In this document: positions 31,088-40,366 of the stretch, piece after piece | Layout: each line of letters opens with the position of its first letter | How positions within the stretch are numbered: position 1 is the first letter of the stretch | Origin: Alphaproteobacteria bacterium | GTDB taxonomy: Bacteria; Pseudomonadota; Alphaproteobacteria; SP197 | Length of the DNA stretch: 64,000 nt | Assembly: GCA_965228895.1 (NCBI GenBank) | Contig: OZ245842.1 | Coordinates: 1,376,001 to 1,440,000 of the forward strand | Reading direction: 5' to 3' | Made by a program: the position numbers and the translations under genes | The notes under the pieces: generated by a model | What the model saw: only the letters and a program-made list of their open reading frames with translations | Database searches by the model: none | What the model was told of the DNA's origin: nothing

Positions 31088-32146
31088 TTACTCGGCGTAG
31101 TAGGCCTTGGTCTCCTGCCACAGCTCCAGGAACTCTTCACGCTTGCCGTCGCTCAGTGGCGCCATGAACTGAAGGTTCTTCGTCGCTTCGGGGTCGCCCA
31201 GAACTTGTCGGTTGAAAGCGTCTTCCGGCAATTGGTTCATCGCAACGCCGTTGGCGGAGGCGGGCGCGCCGACTTCCGTATCCCAACGCACGTAGTGCTC
31301 CGGGCTCACCATGAAATCGATGAACGCATAGGCGCCGTCCGGGTTGGGTGCGTCGGTCGCGATCGACAAACCGTCAAGCCAGCTGATCGCACCTTCCTGC
31401 GGGATCAGAAATCCGATCGGCAGACCGAACGCCTTGGCGCTGCGCGAGGCCGAGCCCGACCAATAGATAGCAACGTCAAACGAGTCGGCGCTGAACTCCT
31501 TGTTCCACTCGTCTTCGGATGACCAGAAAGTCCGAATCTGCGGCTTAAGCTCACGCAGCTTCTCGCGAATAGCGTCCATATCCTGAGGATCGTTCATGTT
31601 CTGACCGGTCGCGAGTGCCGCCAGATAGACGTTCTCCACCGCATCGTCGCGGATGCCGACACGACCGGCATAGGCGGGATCCCAGAGAATATCGATTGTG
31701 TTGCCCGGCTCGACCTCGTCCGTGTCATAGGCGATCGACGTGACGCCCCACGTCCAGGCGATACCATAAAGCTCGCCGTCATAGGTGAACTCGGTCGCGT
31801 CGCGCAGGCCCGGCGACAGATCGGCAAAGTTGCTGATCTTCGAGGAATCCATCGGCTGAATAAGCCCTTCTTCGGCCGCCTGCTGGGTGAACGCGCTGTT
31901 GATCAGCACGACGTCATAGGCACCGGGGCTGGTCCGCAACTTGGTCAGCATCTCCTGTTCGGAGTTGAAGTTGTCGTGGACGACCGTAAAGCCGGTCTGC
32001 TCTTCGAACATCTCGATGGCCCAAGCTTCGTCGGTGCCATAACCCTGCCAGTTGAGAACACGGACCTCCTGCGCCATGGCGCCGGCGCCGGCCAGGGTTG
32101 CCCCGGCAAACGCGGCGGCGGCAAGCAGGTTTTTCAAACGTGCCAT
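31088..32146 (-). CDS. ABC importer solute-binding protein (PotD/PotF-like)
   Basis: Signal peptide MARLKNLLAAAAF..., LNWQGY, WSG, PQEGA..W.D; GGAGGAG RBS before 32146. Confidence 0.9.
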   Translation of the reverse strand: MARLKNLLAAAAFAGATLAGAGAMAQEVRVLNWQGYGTDEAWAIEMFEEQTGFTVVHDNFNSEQEMLTKLRTSPGAYDVVLINSAFTQQAAEEGLIQPMDSSKISNFADLSPGLRDATEFTYDGELYGIAWTWGVTSIAYDTDEVEPGNTIDILWDPAYAGRVGIRDDAVENVYLAALATGQNMNDPQDMDAIREKLRELKPQIRTFWSSEDEWNKEFSADSFDVAIYWSGSASRSAKAFGLPIGFLIPQEGAISWLDGLSIATDAPNPDGAYAFIDFMVSPEHYVRWDTEVGAPASANGVAMNQLPEDAFNRQVLGDPEATKNLQFMAPLSDGKREEFLELWQETKAYYAE

Positions 32147-32167
32147 GCGACACTCCTCCCATAGTGA

Positions 32168-32267
32168 AGCCGGCACTGCCGCCGGCCAGAACATTGGCTG
32201 ATACACCGAAACCACGAGTGTCTTTCCCGGTCGATCGCTCAACCGGGTCGCATCGCGTTTTCGGTGC
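32168..32267 (-). ncRNA. candidate structured 5' leader RNA of the ABC/glycosidase operon
   Basis: Minus strand: a 15-bp outer stem with one A.G mismatch and a 9-bp inner stem capped by a GCGA (GNRA) loop. G.U pairs work only on this strand. A second GCCGGC hairpin precedes the RBS. Confidence 0.4.
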
Positions 32268-32409
32268 CTGACAGGACGGTTACATGGCGGTTTCAGCGAG
32301 TCAACGCGATGGCGCGGCAAGTTCGTCCGAGATGTTCATCGGGAATGCCTTGACCCCTGTCCCGCATGCCGGAATGCTCCACGCCGATGACCGCAGGAAA
32401 CCCACCAAC

Positions 32410-33252
32410 GTGAGTCTCTATTTGTGCCCGACGAGCCTGGACGAAGCGCTCGACGCGCTGTCGGACCGCCCGATGACGGTGTTGGCCGGCGGCACCGATG
32501 TGTATCCCGCCCGGGTCGGCCGCCCGTTTGACGAAGATGTCCTGGATATTTCCCGCGTCCGCGGCCTTCGCGGCATCGAGGATAGAGGCGATCACTGGCT
32601 GATTGGCGCCACGACAACCTGGACCGACGTGCTGAAAGCGGATCTGCCGCCCCTGTTCGACGGCCTAAAGCTGGCGGCGCGCGAGGTCGGCGGCGTGCAG
32701 ATCCAGAACGCCGGGACAATCGCCGGCAATCTCTGCAACGCCTCGCCGGCTGCCGATGGTGTGCCCGCGCTTATGAGCCTGGACGCTGAGGTGGAGATCA
32801 GCGGCAAGGACGGCGTTGTGACGGCAGGCCTTGCCGACTTCATCACAGGCAACCGGCAGACGACGCTTCGCGCCGATCAACTGGTGACCGGCGTGCGCGT
32901 GCCGAAACCAGCGGCCGACTGGGTGCGCGGTCATTTTCTGAAGCTTGGCGCACGACGTTATCTCGTCATCTCCATCGTCATGGCGGCCGGCGTGATCGAG
33001 GTTGAGGACGAGACAGTGTGCCATGCGCGGATCGCGGTCGGGTCCTGCTCTGCGGTCGCCCAGCGCCTGAAGGATCTGGAGGCCGCGCTGATCGGCTGCC
33101 ATGTCGATGGCGATCTTGGCCATGCGGTCACCGACGAGCATCTTGCCGGTCTGGCGCCGATTGACGATGTCAGAGCGAGCGCAGACTACCGGCGCCATGC
33201 CGCTTTGACGCTGGTCCGCCGTCTGCTGAACGACCTGGGCGCAACGGCGTGA
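32410..33252 (+). CDS. molybdenum hydroxylase FAD-binding subunit (NdhF/CoxM-like)
   Basis: LAGGTD, QIQNAGTIAGNLCNASPAAD, PIDDVRASADYR; GTG at 32410 preferred over 32284. Confidence 0.88.
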   Translation: MSLYLCPTSLDEALDALSDRPMTVLAGGTDVYPARVGRPFDEDVLDISRVRGLRGIEDRGDHWLIGATTTWTDVLKADLPPLFDGLKLAAREVGGVQIQNAGTIAGNLCNASPAADGVPALMSLDAEVEISGKDGVVTAGLADFITGNRQTTLRADQLVTGVRVPKPAADWVRGHFLKLGARRYLVISIVMAAGVIEVEDETVCHARIAVGSCSAVAQRLKDLEAALIGCHVDGDLGHAVTDEHLAGLAPIDDVRASADYRRHAALTLVRRLLNDLGATA

Positions 33253-35975
33253 GCGCATCAACCACATTCACCGTTAACGGCCGTACGGTCGATGTGGACG
33301 CCGTACGGCAAGCACGGCTGGCCGATGTGCTGCGCGACGACCTCGGTCTGACAGGTACCAAGATCGGCTGTAACGCCGGTGACTGCGGCGCCTGTACCGT
33401 GCTGCTTGATGGTGACCAGGTTTGCGCCTGCATGGTGCCGCTGGCCCAGGCCGAGGGACGCGATGTCACGACGGTCGAGGGGCTGGCGGGCGATGACCTG
33501 ACGGCGCTTCAGAACGCGTTCCAACGCCACGGCGCGGCCCAATGCGGCATCTGTACGCCTGGTATGCTGATGGCGGCGACATCGCTGCTCGAGTCGGTGG
33601 CCAAGCCGACAGGCGAACAGGTCCAGGATGCGCTTGGTGGCGTGTTGTGTCGTTGTACCGGCTACCAGAAGATCGTCGAAGCCGTTCTGGATGTCGCCAC
33701 AACCGGTGCGCCGGTTCGCCCGGATGCCGGTCATGCGGTCGGCGCGCGCCTCGCGAAGATCGATGGGCTGCCGAAGCTGACCGGCGATGAGCGCTATGGC
33801 GCTGATGCCGTGCCGCCGGATGCCTTGTGGCTGCGCGTGCTGCGGTCGCCCCATCCAGCGGCGCATTTTGAGATCGGCGATATCGATGGATTTCTCTCGT
33901 CGCACCCCGGCATCGACCGGGTTCTGACATCGGCCGATGTGCCGTTTAACGGCTATGGCATTTATCCGGATATCAAGGACCAGCCGGTGTTGGCCGAGGG
34001 CCAAGCGCGTTATCGCGGCGAGGCCGTCGTCGCCGTGGTCGGTGATCGTGATGCCGTCGCGTTGCTTGATTTGGACGACATTCCGGTCAGCTTCACGCCA
34101 ATCGACCCGGTGATCGGGCTCGATGCCGCCATGGCCGACGATGCACCGCCGGTTCAGGCGAACCGTGACAACAATCTTCTTGTCTCCGGTGGCGTCCGAT
34201 CGGGCAACGTCGGCAAGGCGCTGGACGAAAGCGACATCACAGCCGATGGCGTGTTCGAGGTAGCGTTTGTCGAGCATGCCTATATCGAGCCCGAAGCCGG
34301 CTGGGCGCGCCGGGTTGGCGATCGGATCGAAGTTCACGTTTCCACCCAAACGCCCTACATGGACCGTGATGAAGTCGCCAACATCATGCGGATTCCAGGC
34401 GACCAAGTCCGCATCGTGCCGACCGCGTGCGGCGGCGGCTTCGGCGGCAAGCTGGATCAGGGGGTGCAGCCCTTGATTGCGCTTGCCGCCTGGGTCACCG
34501 AACGCCCCGTGGCATGCGTGTGGACACGGCCGGAAAGCATGGCAGCCAGCACCAAGCGCCATCCTTCCCGCATCACCACGCGGTTCGGCTGCGACCGGTT
34601 CGGCCGCATGACCGCCGCCGAGATGTTCGCCGAATTCAACACTGGCGCCTATGCGTCATGGGGCCCGACCGTATCGGGAAGGGTGCCCATCCACGGCATG
34701 GGTCCCTATCGCGTGCCCCATGTCAGGACGCGGGGCCAGGCTTGGTTCGCCAACGAACCGCCCGCGGGCGCGTTTCGCGGCTTTGGCGTGCCGCAGGCGG
34801 CCATCGCCCACGAGACGATGATGGATGATCTTGCGCTTCAGGTTGGCATCGACCGGCTGGAGTTCCGCCTGATGAACGCGCTCGCCAAGGGCGACCGCAC
34901 GGCGACCGGTCAGTTGCTGGAGGCGAGCACGGGGCTGTCGGCCTGCCTGGAGGCGCTGACCCAACCCTGGAAGGACGCGCTGGCCCAGGCCGAAACAAGA
35001 AACGCCGGCGATCCGGTGACGCGCCGCGGTGTCGGCGTCGGCTGCATGTGGTACGGCATCGGCAACACCTCCATGACCAACCCGTCGACCATGCGCATCG
35101 GTCTGAGCGCCGATGGCCGCGTCACGTTCTATAACGGCGCGGCCGACATCGGGCAGGGGTCGAGCACAATCTTGACCCAGATTGCAGCCGACGCACTGGG
35201 TCTTCCCGTCGGCAGTCTCGACGTGATCGTCGGTGACACCGACCGTACCGCCGATGCCGGCAAGAGCTCGGCAAGCCGCCAGACATTCGTCTCCGGCAAG
35301 GCGGCGGAACTGGCCGGGCTTGACCTGCGAAGCCAAATCCTGCGGCTGGTCAACGCGGGCGACGACGCGCAACTATCGCTCGACGGCGCGGTCTTAAACG
35401 TCGTGGATGGCGACGCCGAACATGTGCCCGATCTTGCCGGTTTGCCGGCGGACGCCAACGGCGACGTGCTGGTTGGCGAAGGGACCTTCGACCCGCCGGC
35501 GACCGCACTGGACGAGAACGGCCAAGGCTCGCCCTACGCGACTTACGCCTTTGCCGCACAGATGGCGGTCGTCGATGTTGATACGGAGCTCGGCACCGTC
35601 AAGGTCAAACGTATGGTCGCGGCGCACGACGTCGGCCGCGCGATCAACCCGATCCAGGTCGAAGGCCAGATCCATGGCGGCATCGCCCAGGGACTGGGTC
35701 TGGCGCTGATGGAAGAATATGTGCCCGGCGTGACCGAAAACCTGCACGACTATCTGATCCCGACCTTTGGCGACATGCCGGAGATTCGCGTTATCATCAT
35801 CGAGGATGAAGAGCCTTTGGGGCCGTACGGCGCCAAGGGTGTTGGCGAGCCCGGCCTGGTGCCGACCGCGCCGGCGATCCTGGGTGCGATCCGCCATGCG
35901 ACGGGTGCGCGCATCACCCGGGTTCCCGCGCTGCCCCATCGGGTTCTCGAAGCCATGGAGGCCTCTGGTGACTGA
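33249..35975 (+). CDS. fused 2x[2Fe-2S] / molybdopterin subunit, probable nicotinate dehydrogenase (NdhSLM-like)
   Basis: GCNAGDCGACTV, QCGICTPG...CRC, GGGFGGK, FRGFGVPQ, AKGVGEP; directly upstream of hnr. Confidence 0.85.
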   Translation: MSASTTFTVNGRTVDVDAVRQARLADVLRDDLGLTGTKIGCNAGDCGACTVLLDGDQVCACMVPLAQAEGRDVTTVEGLAGDDLTALQNAFQRHGAAQCGICTPGMLMAATSLLESVAKPTGEQVQDALGGVLCRCTGYQKIVEAVLDVATTGAPVRPDAGHAVGARLAKIDGLPKLTGDERYGADAVPPDALWLRVLRSPHPAAHFEIGDIDGFLSSHPGIDRVLTSADVPFNGYGIYPDIKDQPVLAEGQARYRGEAVVAVVGDRDAVALLDLDDIPVSFTPIDPVIGLDAAMADDAPPVQANRDNNLLVSGGVRSGNVGKALDESDITADGVFEVAFVEHAYIEPEAGWARRVGDRIEVHVSTQTPYMDRDEVANIMRIPGDQVRIVPTACGGGFGGKLDQGVQPLIALAAWVTERPVACVWTRPESMAASTKRHPSRITTRFGCDRFGRMTAAEMFAEFNTGAYASWGPTVSGRVPIHGMGPYRVPHVRTRGQAWFANEPPAGAFRGFGVPQAAIAHETMMDDLALQVGIDRLEFRLMNALAKGDRTATGQLLEASTGLSACLEALTQPWKDALAQAETRNAGDPVTRRGVGVGCMWYGIGNTSMTNPSTMRIGLSADGRVTFYNGAADIGQGSSTILTQIAADALGLPVGSLDVIVGDTDRTADAGKSSASRQTFVSGKAAELAGLDLRSQILRLVNAGDDAQLSLDGAVLNVVDGDAEHVPDLAGLPADANGDVLVGEGTFDPPATALDENGQGSPYATYAFAAQMAVVDVDTELGTVKVKRMVAAHDVGRAINPIQVEGQIHGGIAQGLGLALMEEYVPGVTENLHDYLIPTFGDMPEIRVIIIEDEEPLGPYGAKGVGEPGLVPTAPAILGAIRHATGARITRVPALPHRVLEAMEASGD

Positions 35976-37425
35976 CACCGCCGACCAGGAAGCCGGCATC
36001 GTCAAGTGCGACGCGTGTCCGGTGTTGTGCCGGATCCGTGCCGGCAAGACCGGCGCATGCGACCGCTATGCCAACGCGGATGGCCGCCTGGTGCGCGTTG
36101 ATCCTCTGGTTGTCGCCCAGCGCGCCGACAAGCTGGTGCCGTTTTTGGAGGGGTCGGCGAACTGGGACGGTGCCGTCGTCACGGGCAAGGACAGTTTCGT
36201 CACCGGTATTGGCTCCGGCACCACCTATCCCGACTACAAACCCGCGCCCTTCATCGTTGCGAGCGAGGCTGACGGCGTCGACATGGTCACCGTCGTCTCC
36301 GAGGGCATCTTCAGCTACTGCGGGATCAAGGTGAAGATCGACACCGACCGGTTCTTGGGCCCCGAGCAATCCAACGTGTTGTGTGAGGGCGAGCCGATCG
36401 GTCACGTCACGACCGCCGAATACGGTTCGCAGATGTTGTCGCTGGGCGGCGTGCGGCATCTGACCGGCGGCTCGAAGAGAGAAGGCAACACGACTTGCCA
36501 GGCGATGCTCGATCTGTGCAGCGGCAAGCCGGTCGATGTTGTTGTGGACGGCGGGTCCGACGTGACGATCCAGGCGGGCCAGCCGCCGGTGGTGAACGGC
36601 CAGCGCGAGGAGCGCATGCGGGTTGGTTGCGGCAGCGCGGCCATGGGCATGTTCGCCAAGCAGTGGTTCGAGCACGCCGACGAAGTAATCGTTGTCGACG
36701 ACCACATCACCGGCGTCTTCACCGAACACTATGCCGGGACCTATCTGGACGTGCCGCCGTCCGGCATTCGTGTCCGAGGGCGCAAGTCGACACCCGGGCG
36801 CTATTTCCAGGTCGCCGAGCCGGGTCTTGGTTGGGGCGGCACGGACGTGACCGACCCTCTGGAGATCATCGAGAAGATCGATGCCAAGAAGGCTTGGCCG
36901 GGCCTGAAGCTTTTGATGGTCTCGACCACCGGCGAAGACGCCGGCTGGTATGTCCTGGATGACGATCTCGTTCCACAGCCTGCCGACATGCCGGCACCGG
37001 TCAATCAGGTTGTCGAGCGGATTGCCGAAAACTGTGAGCCCGCTCTGTGCACGGTCCTTTTCATGGCCGGTGCCGGCGGCTCGTTGCGGGCTGGCGTGAC
37101 GGAAAACCCTGTGCGATTGACCCGTTCGGTTCGCGAATCCCTGACCCGTGTCACCTCGGGTGGCGCGCCGGTCTATGTCTGGCCCGGTGGCGGAATCACG
37201 TTCATGGTCGACGTCACGCGCCTGCCGGAAAACGCTTTCGGCTATGTCCCGACCCCCGCCCTGGTCGCGCCCATCGAGTTTACCCTGCGGCTGGACGACT
37301 ATCTGGCCTTGGGTGGCCATGGCGACCATGTGCGCCGGCTTGGCGACGTGGTCAGCGATGTTCATCCGGCAGCACACAGGTGGCATGACGACAATCCCTG
37401 GCCGGTGCGGGTCCAGCAGGCATGA
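35968..37425 (+). CDS. hnr: 6-hydroxynicotinate reductase
   Basis: CDACPVLC.I..GKTGACDRYAN, TGIGSGTTYPDYKPAPFIV, MRVGCGSA, STPGRYF; GGAGG RBS and GTG at 35968. Confidence 0.82.
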   Translation: MTDTADQEAGIVKCDACPVLCRIRAGKTGACDRYANADGRLVRVDPLVVAQRADKLVPFLEGSANWDGAVVTGKDSFVTGIGSGTTYPDYKPAPFIVASEADGVDMVTVVSEGIFSYCGIKVKIDTDRFLGPEQSNVLCEGEPIGHVTTAEYGSQMLSLGGVRHLTGGSKREGNTTCQAMLDLCSGKPVDVVVDGGSDVTIQAGQPPVVNGQREERMRVGCGSAAMGMFAKQWFEHADEVIVVDDHITGVFTEHYAGTYLDVPPSGIRVRGRKSTPGRYFQVAEPGLGWGGTDVTDPLEIIEKIDAKKAWPGLKLLMVSTTGEDAGWYVLDDDLVPQPADMPAPVNQVVERIAENCEPALCTVLFMAGAGGSLRAGVTENPVRLTRSVRESLTRVTSGGAPVYVWPGGGITFMVDVTRLPENAFGYVPTPALVAPIEFTLRLDDYLALGGHGDHVRRLGDVVSDVHPAAHRWHDDNPWPVRVQQA

Positions 37426-38282
37426 CCGCACAGATCGCGCGCCTGGCCGGCGATCGGCTGCATCTGCATCACGGTCCCATCGATATCGTATTGAAGGCGT
37501 GGGGCGAGGCGGATGACGTGGCGCGCGCTTATGACCAGGCGATGCAACGTTTCCAAACGATCCTCGACGACCTCGTTCAGGAACTGCCGCAGCTTCGCCA
37601 GTCCCATGGTGAGACGCATCCTCTCTTTCAGGGCCGCGTTGCGCGGCGCATGGCGACCGCCACGCGCCCGTTTGCCGATCGATTCGTGACGCCGATGGCG
37701 GCTGTCGCCGGCGCCGTGGCAGACGAGGTCTTGGAAGCCATGACCGACGGCACCACCATCCGACGCGCCTATGTCAACAACGGCGGCGATATTGCCCTGT
37801 ATCTGTCACCGGGCGAAACATTGAAAGCCGGCATCGTCGACAACCAGGACGCCCCCTTTCTGGACGCCGATGTCACGATTGAGTCGGCGATGCCGGTGCG
37901 CGGCATGGCGACCTCGGGCTGGCGCGGGCGTTCCCAATCTCTGGGCATTGCTGACGCGGTGACGGTCTTGGCGGCGGATGCCGCGACGGCCGATGTCGCG
38001 GCGACGCTGATCGCTAATGCCGTCGATACCGACCATCCAACCATCGAGCGGGCCCCCGCGTCGTCGCTGCGCGACGACACCGATCTGGGCGAGCGGCTTG
38101 TGACCGTCTCGGTCGGAGCGTTGGACGAACCAGCCATCGTCGCCGCGATGAACGCCGGTGTCGATCTCGCCAAGACCTACCGTGCGCGCGGCCTCATCCA
38201 CAGCGCCTATCTGGCGCTGCAGAACCGTCGCCGGGTTGTCGCATGCAACAGCTATGTTTTGCCCGAGGGAGCGAGTGCATGA
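37422..38282 (+). CDS. UPF0280 / ApbE-like protein
   Basis: HHGPID, TPMAAVAGAVAD, VNNGGDIA, ATSGWRGRS.SLGIADAVTV. Confidence 0.85.
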   Translation: MTAQIARLAGDRLHLHHGPIDIVLKAWGEADDVARAYDQAMQRFQTILDDLVQELPQLRQSHGETHPLFQGRVARRMATATRPFADRFVTPMAAVAGAVADEVLEAMTDGTTIRRAYVNNGGDIALYLSPGETLKAGIVDNQDAPFLDADVTIESAMPVRGMATSGWRGRSQSLGIADAVTVLAADAATADVAATLIANAVDTDHPTIERAPASSLRDDTDLGERLVTVSVGALDEPAIVAAMNAGVDLAKTYRARGLIHSAYLALQNRRRVVACNSYVLPEGASA

Positions 38283-38866
38283 GTCTTGAGGTTGATGTCC
38301 GCAAAATCGTCACGGTGGTTGACGAGATCCATCACGAGTTCGGTCCGCCGCCGGAGGGACCCTATAAGCGCGGCGCGATCATGATGGTGATCGCCAATCC
38401 CTATGCCGGCGAGTATGTCGAGGACATCACGCCCATGATGGAGGCGCTGAAACCCCTGGGTCTGGATATGTCCCACCGGCTGATCGCCGCGCTGGGCGTC
38501 AAGCCGGACAACATCCAGGCCTATGGCAAGGGCGCGATTGTCGGCGAGGCCGGCGAACTGGAGCACGGTGCGCTGTGGCACGTACCCGGCGGCTACGGAA
38601 TGCGCGAGGTGCTGGGCGGCGCCAAGGCGATCGTGCCGTCCGCCAAAAAGGTCGGCGGCATGGGCACGCGGTTGGATATCCCGATCGGCCACATCGATGC
38701 CGCCTATGTGCGCAGCCATTTCGATGCCATGGAAATCGGTCTGCCCGACGCGCCCCGGCGTGACGAGATCATCTACGGCCTGGTCATGACGACGGGTGGT
38801 CGCATCCACGCGCGTGTCGGCGGTCTGCGTCACGAGGATATCGGCGGCGAAGACGGCCTGCGGTGA
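38279..38866 (+). CDS. amino-acid-synthesis family protein (DUF1185)
   Basis: ANPYAG, YGKGAIVG.AGELEHGA, AYVRSHFD, DAPR.DEI; ATGA coupling. Confidence 0.8.
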   Translation: MSLEVDVRKIVTVVDEIHHEFGPPPEGPYKRGAIMMVIANPYAGEYVEDITPMMEALKPLGLDMSHRLIAALGVKPDNIQAYGKGAIVGEAGELEHGALWHVPGGYGMREVLGGAKAIVPSAKKVGGMGTRLDIPIGHIDAAYVRSHFDAMEIGLPDAPRRDEIIYGLVMTTGGRIHARVGGLRHEDIGGEDGLR

Positions 38867-38896
38867 ACGCGGCGAAATTGCTGTAGGCTCGTCGGT

Positions 38897-40366
38897 ATGA
38901 GCAGCACCTTCGATCAGGTCGCCCGCGACATGAAGCCGTTCACCAGCGCTGATGAAGCGTTGGAACGCGTTCGCGAGATCTACCGGGCAGGTGTCGACGA
39001 CGTTCGCCACCGCTTTGCCGACTATCTTGCCGGCGGCTCCGATGAGCCGGGAGAGGCGCCATGCTATCCCTATGCCGGCATCGTCATTGATCAGGCCGAC
39101 ATCCACAGCGGCAGCGAACGCTCGTTCGGTATTCTGCGCGGTGCCGGCGCGTTCGGCATCACGTTGACCCGGCCCGATCTCTTCGACGACTATTACCGCG
39201 AGCAGTTCGACCTTCTCATCGCGAACTACGAACGGCCGGTTTGGATCGGACGCAGCATGCAGCCGATCCCGCTTCCCTTCGTCATCGAGGAGGCGACAGC
39301 GGATTTGACGGCCGAACGTATCCATGACCTGAACAGCCGCTTTCATATGCCGGATCTGTCGCGCATCGACGATACGGTTGCCAACGGCACGCATAAGGCG
39401 CCGCCGGGACATCCCGAACCGCTCTCGCTGTTCACGGCGTCGCGGGTGGATTTTTCGCTGCTGCGCCTGCGCCACTACACCGCGACCTCGCCTGAGCACT
39501 TCCAGCGTTTCGTGATGTTCACGAATTACCAGCGCTATGTCGACCGGTTCATCGCCTATGGCCGCCAGCAGGTCAGCGATGGCGGTGACTACACGGCATT
39601 TGTCGAGCCGGGCAATGTCATCCACCCGAATGCCAAGTTGACCGATGACGAACCATCAGGCGAGGCACCGCCGCATCTGCCGCAGATGCCGGCCTATCAT
39701 CTGACCCGGGAAAACCGCGACGGCATTTCCCTGGTGAACATCGGCGTTGGCCCGTCGAACGCCAAAACCATCACCGATCACGTCGCTGTCCTGCGGCCTC
39801 ACTGTTGGCTGATGGTCGGCCATTGCGGTGGTCTGCGGCTGACCCAACGGCTTGGCGACTACGTGCTGGCGCATGCCTATGTCAGGAGCGACAACGTGCT
39901 GGACGAGGATCTGCCTGGTTGGGTGCCGGTGCCACCGATCGCCGAAATCCAGATCGCGTTGACCGCTGCCGTCTCCGAGGTCACGGGCCTCAAGAAGCAC
40001 GACCTGAAGACGCGGCTGCGCACGGGCACGGTCGTGACGACAGACGACCGCGATTGGGAGTTACGCCACCACGAGCTCGCGACCCGTTTCAACCAGTCGC
40101 GCGCGATTGCCATCGACATGGAATCGGCGACCATCGCCGCGAATGGTTTTCGCTTGCGTGTGCCCTACGGCACGTTGCTCTGCGTTTCCGATAAGCCGCT
40201 TCACGGTGAAATCAAGCTGCCCGGCATGGCGGATGCGTTCTATCGCGAGCGGATCAGCCAGCATCTTCAGATCGGCATCGCGACTTTGACCAGCCTGCGC
40301 GAAGCGGGTGTTGAGTCATTGCATTCACGCAAACTGCGAAGCTTCGACGAACCGGCGTTCCGCTAA
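38897..40366 (+). CDS. amn: AMP nucleosidase
   Basis: FTNYQRY, PQMPAYHL, NIGVGPSNAKTITDH, DMESATIA, CVSDKPLHGEIKLPG, LHSRKLRSFDEPAFR. Confidence 0.95.
   Translation: MSSTFDQVARDMKPFTSADEALERVREIYRAGVDDVRHRFADYLAGGSDEPGEAPCYPYAGIVIDQADIHSGSERSFGILRGAGAFGITLTRPDLFDDYYREQFDLLIANYERPVWIGRSMQPIPLPFVIEEATADLTAERIHDLNSRFHMPDLSRIDDTVANGTHKAPPGHPEPLSLFTASRVDFSLLRLRHYTATSPEHFQRFVMFTNYQRYVDRFIAYGRQQVSDGGDYTAFVEPGNVIHPNAKLTDDEPSGEAPPHLPQMPAYHLTRENRDGISLVNIGVGPSNAKTITDHVAVLRPHCWLMVGHCGGLRLTQRLGDYVLAHAYVRSDNVLDEDLPGWVPVPPIAEIQIALTAAVSEVTGLKKHDLKTRLRTGTVVTTDDRDWELRHHELATRFNQSRAIAIDMESATIAANGFRLRVPYGTLLCVSDKPLHGEIKLPGMADAFYRERISQHLQIGIATLTSLREAGVESLHSRKLRSFDEPAFR

Noticed and set aside
32147-32409. ORF-track extensions of the SBP (to 32320) and the FAD subunit (from 32284) that would overlap head-to-head
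   Set aside because: Better starts with RBS exist at 32146 and 32410, so the region is intergenic.
33249-35975. Possible selenocysteine read-through at TGA stops in the Mo-hydroxylase cluster
   Set aside because: The TGAs fall at natural protein ends with overlapping downstream starts. No SECIS-like element or selenium-handling genes were seen.
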